A stretch of DNA of 36,474 nucleotides from positions 1 through 36,474 of the IMG/VR virus record IMGVR_UViG_3300029820_000012. The stretch is one strand, 5' to 3'. Position 1 is the stretch's first letter; each line of letters opens with the position of its first letter. The translations under genes were made by a program, and so were the position numbers. This document shows positions 32,944 to 36,474 of this stretch, one piece after another. The notes below the pieces were generated by a model. It made no database searches. It worked only from the letters and a program-made list of their open reading frames with translations, and was not told where the DNA came from. The DNA is from a virus.

Positions 32944-33817
32944 ACCACTCCATAGCAGCCGAGTACGAATCGCTCGCCCTGGCAACGACCGTCCTGAAGC
33001 TCTGTAGATAGTGCGACATGGCGGTATTAACAGTCGAATGCCCCAGCGCCACGGCTATGTCCTCGATGGCGGCTCCATGCTCAAGCGATATGGTCGCCCA
33101 GCTGTGGCGCAGGCAGGTCATAGGCACGTGCGGCAAGCTGAACCGCTTGCAGAACGCGCGGAACTTTCGAGCCACGGTGTTCGGATCCAGTTGGCAAAGC
33201 CTGCCGGACCTACGCGCGCCCCTGATGGCGCGGAGCCTCTCGAGGGCAAAACGAGGTAGCTTGAGTCGCCTGTCTGAGAGTTTGGTTTTGCACCCGGTCT
33301 CGATGACATCGCCCTTTACGACATGCAGCCCGCGCCGTACGTGCACCCAGCCGCTCCTCCAATCGATATCCTCAACGCGGACGGCACACGCCTCGCAGCG
33401 CCGCAGGCCGAGCGTGGCGCCCAGGAGCACCGCCGGCTCGAAAGGCTGTCCGACGATCGCCCTAAGGGTCGTTCGCTCCTGTTCGGCCGTCAACGTAGGG
33501 CGGCGCGCGGTTGGTTTCTGCGGCAGCTCCACACCCTGGGTTACATCCCAAATGCGGAGCTGGTGGCGCCTCAGTATCCATCGGTAAATCTGGCGGAACG
33601 TCTTGTACGCCTTCTCCGCCGCGCCTGCCCTGTCGAACTCATCGATCCATTCCTGGACCTGCTCAAAAGTAATCGAATCTATCTCGCGATTGCCCCATTG
33701 GGAGATGAGGTGGCAGCGTATCGCGCTCTCGTAGCCCTCGAGGGTGGTGGCGCGCAGGCGCTTTCGCTTGTCGGCCATGTACTCGGCGGCGGCATCTTTG
33801 AACAGCATTTCGATCAT
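32942..33817 (-). CDS. Tyrosine site-specific recombinase (Rci/Xer-like, no arm-binding domain); candidate shufflon invertase
   Basis: C-term LRHSWATISLEHGAAIEDIAVALGHSTVNTAMSHY carries the HxxR...H...Y box. Preferred start is ATG 33817 with TAGGAG SD. Track start 33955 is a GTG upstream of a 14-bp inverted repeat. Confidence 0.75.
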   Translation of the reverse strand: MIEMLFKDAAAEYMADKRKRLRATTLEGYESAIRCHLISQWGNREIDSITFEQVQEWIDEFDRAGAAEKAYKTFRQIYRWILRRHQLRIWDVTQGVELPQKPTARRPTLTAEQERTTLRAIVGQPFEPAVLLGATLGLRRCEACAVRVEDIDWRSGWVHVRRGLHVVKGDVIETGCKTKLSDRRLKLPRFALERLRAIRGARRSGRLCQLDPNTVARKFRAFCKRFSLPHVPMTCLRHSWATISLEHGAAIEDIAVALGHSTVNTAMSHYLQSFRTVVARASDSYSAAMEW

Positions 33818-33827
33818 CCAATCTCCT

Positions 33828-33879
33828 AAAAATCCCAGACGCATTGCATGGTACGCCGTGCCGAGGCGTCTGGGATTTT
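33828..33879. promoter_or_regulatory. 14-bp perfect inverted repeat AAAATCCCAGACGC ... GCGTCTGGGATTTT directly upstream of the recombinase SD
   Basis: Read directly. Confidence 0.6.
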
Positions 33880-33945
33880 CAGGGGATTCGACAAGGCTCG
33901 TAGCCCTGAAATCAGCGGCAAATAGCGGAAGAAAGGAGGGCAAGC

Positions 33946-34284
33946 GTGGCATCACTGGCGCAGATTGTCGTGACGACGGCCGTGTCCTGTCTGGTATCGG
34001 CGATGGTCGCGGCGGGCGTCGCGACCGTCAGGGCCCAGGGGCGCAAGGCGTCGGAGCGGGCGGAGCGCGAGCGCGAGGCCAGCGAGGCACTCAAAGCGGG
34101 GATGCGGGCGCTGCTCTGGGCTGAGCTGCAGCGCATCCATGAGAGGGCCATGGCGCGGGGCGGTCTGACCGTCGAGGAGCGCCGGCATCTTGAGAGTGTC
34201 TACGCCGCCTACCACGGGCTGGGCGGCAACGGCACGGGAACGCGTCTCTACGAGGACGCGATGAGGCAGCCCGTATTGGATTAG
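33946..34284 (+). CDS. BhlA/UviB-like membrane protein (N-terminal TM plus coiled coil); lysis-associated
   Basis: GTG start 5 nt after AAAGGAGGG. TM helix IVVTTAVSCLVSAMVAAGVATV. Confidence 0.5.
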   Translation: MASLAQIVVTTAVSCLVSAMVAAGVATVRAQGRKASERAEREREASEALKAGMRALLWAELQRIHERAMARGGLTVEERRHLESVYAAYHGLGGNGTGTRLYEDAMRQPVLD

Positions 34285-34296
34285 GAGGAGGAATCA

Positions 34297-34527
34297 ATGA
34301 CCAAAGATGAGATCGTCAAGAAGCTGACCAGCAGAAAGTTCTGGCTGTGCACTGCGGCCTTCCTCGGGTCCGTTGCGGCGAGCGTTGCCGGACTTGCGAC
34401 TGACAACCAGGCGGTCGTGGCCATCGGCACCGTTTGCGGGGTCGCAAGCGCTGCCATCTACGCCGCTGCAGAGCAGGCCGTGGACGCCGCGCGACTCAAG
34501 TCGGGAGGCGAGCATGACGGAGACTAA
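34297..34527 (+). CDS. Holin (two TM helices)
   Basis: 76 aa. TM1 FWLCTAAFLGSVAASVAGL and TM2 AVVAIGTVCGVASAAIYAAA. Charged C-terminus. GGAGGAGG SD. Confidence 0.65.
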   Translation: MTKDEIVKKLTSRKFWLCTAAFLGSVAASVAGLATDNQAVVAIGTVCGVASAAIYAAAEQAVDAARLKSGGEHDGD

Positions 34528-35656
34528 GGCCGAGCCCAAGCGCAAGCTGCCGATGCGCAGCGTTTTCGCCATCGTCCTCGCGCTCGTCGCGGCCCTCGCC
34601 GCCCCGTGCGGAGCCGAGGCGTACCAGAGCGTCGACAAGTACGTGAGCGGCGGCCACGGGTACCTCAATGCGAGCTACCTGGTCATTCACGAGACCGCGA
34701 ACCCCGGCGCTTCTGCCTACAACCACACTTTGTTGTGGTCGCGTGACGACACCTATGCCGTCCACCACGTGATGGAGCTTGACGGGTCAACCGTGTATAA
34801 CACGGTGCCTGAGGGCCGCTTGTGCTGGCACGTGGGCAACGGCAACGGCTACACGATCGGCATCGAGTTGGCCCACGCCACCAATGCCTCCGACTTCGCG
34901 AAGCAGTGGTCCGAGGCCGTCAAATGGGCCGGAGATGAGTTGCGCGCCCGCGGGTGGGACACCTCGAGACTCTTGAGCCACTACGAGGCGGCTCAGCGCT
35001 GGGGCGGTTCCGACCACACCGACCCGAATGGCTATTTCGCCCAGTACGGTAAGAGCTGGTGGGAGTTCAAGCAGGCCGTCGCCGCCTATTTGGGCTCCGG
35101 CTACGTGGCGCCCATTGCGCCGACCAACGGCAACGGCGGGACCTATGAGGGGGGCGGCTACAGCTCACCGGCGGCCAGCTTCCCGAAATCGACTGGTGCC
35201 TGCGTGAGCGTCCACTATGCGCTGCACAACCGTGGCGGCGGCTGGAACTCCGAGGTAACGAACTTCGACGACGCCAGCGAGAACGGCTTCGCGGGCATGC
35301 CTTACGGCTCCCATGACATGCTGATCGCATGGGCCGATACCGGTACCCTACGCTATCGCGTCCATACCCGCGAATCCGGATGGCTCGACTGGGTGCAGGC
35401 CGCATCCTACGGCGACAGCGTGAACGGCATGGCGGGTGTCTGGGGGCAGATCATCGATGGTGTCCAGATGTACTACGTCACGCCTGGCGGTGACTACCGC
35501 CAGGTCTACTACCGCTCTCAGGATGTCGATCATGCCGGATGGTGGGGCGAGGTCTGCGACGACGGAACCACGTATGGCGGAGACGATTACGCCGGTTATT
35601 ACGGTCACGCGCTCGATCGCCTGCAGGTCTACATCTCCGACGGGACTCGCCGATGA
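34514..35656 (+). CDS. Endolysin: N-acetylmuramoyl-L-alanine amidase (amidase_2/PGRP) with N-terminal signal/SAR-like segment and C-terminal aromatic wall-binding repeats
   Basis: [22 protein letters not shown]...[37 protein letters not shown]...[17 protein letters not shown] is the amidase_2 Zn-binding pattern. N-term [31 protein letters not shown]. Confidence 0.8.
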   Translation: MTETKAEPKRKLPMRSVFAIVLALVAALAAPCGAEAYQSVDKYVSGGHGYLNASYLVIHETANPGASAYNHTLLWSRDDTYAVHHVMELDGSTVYNTVPEGRLCWHVGNGNGYTIGIELAHATNASDFAKQWSEAVKWAGDELRARGWDTSRLLSHYEAAQRWGGSDHTDPNGYFAQYGKSWWEFKQAVAAYLGSGYVAPIAPTNGNGGTYEGGGYSSPAASFPKSTGACVSVHYALHNRGGGWNSEVTNFDDASENGFAGMPYGSHDMLIAWADTGTLRYRVHTRESGWLDWVQAASYGDSVNGMAGVWGQIIDGVQMYYVTPGGDYRQVYYRSQDVDHAGWWGEVCDDGTTYGGDDYAGYYGHALDRLQVYISDGTRR

Positions 35657-35742
35657 TCGCGCTGGCGTTCGTGCTCGGCTCGCTCTTCGGCGGTATCGTG
35701 GCGACAATAGGGCTCTGCATCGTGAGTGTTAATCGTCAATAG
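35653..35742 (+). CDS. 29-aa TM peptide ([29 protein letters not shown]), lysis accessory candidate
   Basis: ATGA overlap with the endolysin stop. Single TM helix. Followed by a strong terminator. Confidence 0.4.
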   Translation: MIALAFVLGSLFGGIVATIGLCIVSVNRQ

Positions 35743-35751
35743 ACGGCTAAA

Positions 35752-35782
35752 CCCCTCCCCGGTATGTGCCGGGGAGGGTTTT
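35752..35782 (+). terminator. Intrinsic terminator (CCCCTCCCCGG/CCGGGGAGGG plus TTTT) ending the late/lysis operon
   Basis: Read directly. Confidence 0.75.
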
Positions 35783-35922
35783 ATGCATGACTTAATATCC
35801 GTTAATAACCGTTCCACAATGCAGTTTCAGCGCGTACGGCGCTGGCGAGAACATCGTTACCTGCAAGTATGCAGATACAGCGCGTGCCAAAACGTCACGT
35901 TCAAGACTCTTAATCCCAAGGT

Positions 35923-35950
35923 CCAGGGTTCGACCCCCTGACGGCCCACC
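35923..35950 (+). other. tRNA 3'-end-like segment (T-arm CAGGG-TTCGACC-CCCTG, acceptor ACGGCCC, discriminator A); candidate attP core
   Basis: Read directly. No matching 5' acceptor strand upstream, so it is a partial tRNA. Lies just downstream of the int 3' end and is followed by a terminator. Confidence 0.5.
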
Positions 35951-35962
35951 CAAAGAACGCAC

Positions 35963-35995
35963 AGGTCAGCGCCTCGGCGCTGGCCTTTTTTGTTT
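35963..35995 (+). terminator. Hairpin GGTCAGCGCC/GGCGCTGGCC followed by TTTTTTGTTTT
   Basis: Read directly. Confidence 0.6.
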
Positions 35996-36039
35996 TCCTC
36001 TATGCCAAATCATAACCGTCCGTTACCGTTCGCGTTTTA

Positions 36040-36076
36040 CGCCCCCTGCCGTTTATGCGCAGCAGGGGGCGTTTTA
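36040..36076 (+). terminator. Hairpin CGCCCCCTGC/GCAGGGGGCG followed by TTTTA
   Basis: Read directly. 10-bp perfect stem. Confidence 0.5.
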
Positions 36077-36111
36077 TGCATTTTGCAGGTAGCGGACCTA
36101 GAAAATGCGTT

Positions 36112-36474
36112 TTAGAGCGTCTCGGCGTTGCGACCGGTGCCATTAAAACCGCCCTCCGCGCCTCCGCCCTCGACGATCTGCAGGGCTCGTCCGACCTGCC
36201 TGGCGGCCTTCTCGCGCTCCGCCAGACCCGGTTTGATGTAATGGCGGTAATCTGTCCCCAGGTCCGTATGGCCGTGCAAATCCATGATGCTCAGGGGGTC
36301 GACCTCGGTCGCCGCCATGATGGTCTCGGACGTGTGGCGCAGGGCCTTGGGCGGGATATACCGCAGGTCATGGCGTGCGCACATGCGCCGCCAGGCGCGC
36401 ACGAGGTTGTCGCCGCGCATGTTCACGATGCGCTGGCCGCTCCAGTCGCGCACCTGCTCCGTAACCGAAGTCCC
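36112..36474 (-). CDS. int: Tyrosine integrase, C-terminal catalytic part (continues from 1-975 across the circular junction)
   Basis: Translation ...LRHTSETIMAATEVDPLSIMDLHGHTDLGTDYRHYIKPG carries the HxxR...H...Y tyrosine-recombinase box. Stop at 36112-36114. Confidence 0.85.
   Translation of the reverse strand, partial: GTSVTEQVRDWSGQRIVNMRGDNLVRAWRRMCARHDLRYIPPKALRHTSETIMAATEVDPLSIMDLHGHTDLGTDYRHYIKPGLAEREKAARQVGRALQIVEGGGAEGGFNGTGRNAETL

Larger units (their letters stand above)
1..36375. mobile_element. Complete circular temperate phage genome (contig with 99-bp terminal redundancy; unit length about 36,375 bp)
   Basis: Bases 1-99 are identical to 36376-36474. The integrase ORF is continuous across the junction. 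Lysogeny, replication, packaging, head, tail and lysis modules are all present in canonical order. Confidence 0.8.

Noticed and set aside
32659-32985. 108-aa minus ORF as an independent gene starting at 32985
   Set aside because: Its first 15 codons are antisense to the recombinase C-terminus and begin with a TTG. Only the part downstream of R6 (cassette 6) is interpreted as coding.
31491-33000. Diversity-generating retroelement as the fibre-variation mechanism
   Set aside because: No reverse transcriptase gene and no template/variable repeat pair. The repeats are short inverted sites next to a tyrosine recombinase.
35726-35941. 71-aa ORF in the attP region
   Set aside because: Lies over the arm-type repeats and the tRNA-like core. 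No RBS. The region is better explained as non-coding attP.

Overview
High-GC (about 65-68%) temperate siphovirus-like phage genome on a circular contig. Bases 1-99 are identical to 36376-36474, so the unit length is about 36,375 bp, and a tyrosine integrase gene spans the junction. Reading clockwise from the junction: integrase on the minus strand, a hicAB-like toxin-antitoxin pair, a cI/cro-type XRE switch, and an early region that holds a ParB-like protein, a second full-length integrase, a replisome-organizer-like protein and several small Zn-ribbon ORFs. A sigma-70 region-4-like late activator follows. Next comes a striking array of eleven phased 10-bp TTGCAC repeats, then an HNH endonuclease, small and large terminase subunits, portal, and a MuF-like head morphogenesis protein with an unassigned C-terminal nuclease-like extension. 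Two phage tRNAs (Trp-CCA, Leu-CAG) precede scaffold, major capsid, connector, neck and major tail proteins. A tail chaperone pair has an A_AAA_AAC -1 frameshift site, followed by tape measure, an FN3-rich Dit-like protein and a Tal-like protein. The most unusual region is a lower-GC (about 50%) module downstream of a tail-fibre N-terminal gene. It carries six copies of a 16-bp repeat (TAGNNTTCCGTATCCC) in both orientations, in-frame tip cassettes of 61-102 codons, and an adjacent third tyrosine recombinase, i.e. a shufflon-like multiple-inversion system. Every cassette is separated from its neighbour by an in-frame TAG. A lysis cassette (BhlA-like, holin, signal-peptide amidase, 29-aa TM peptide) and a candidate attP carrying a tRNA 3'-end-like core with arm-type repeats follow. 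Many long ORFs in the six-frame track are stop-poor antisense or alternate frames typical of high-GC DNA and are rejected.
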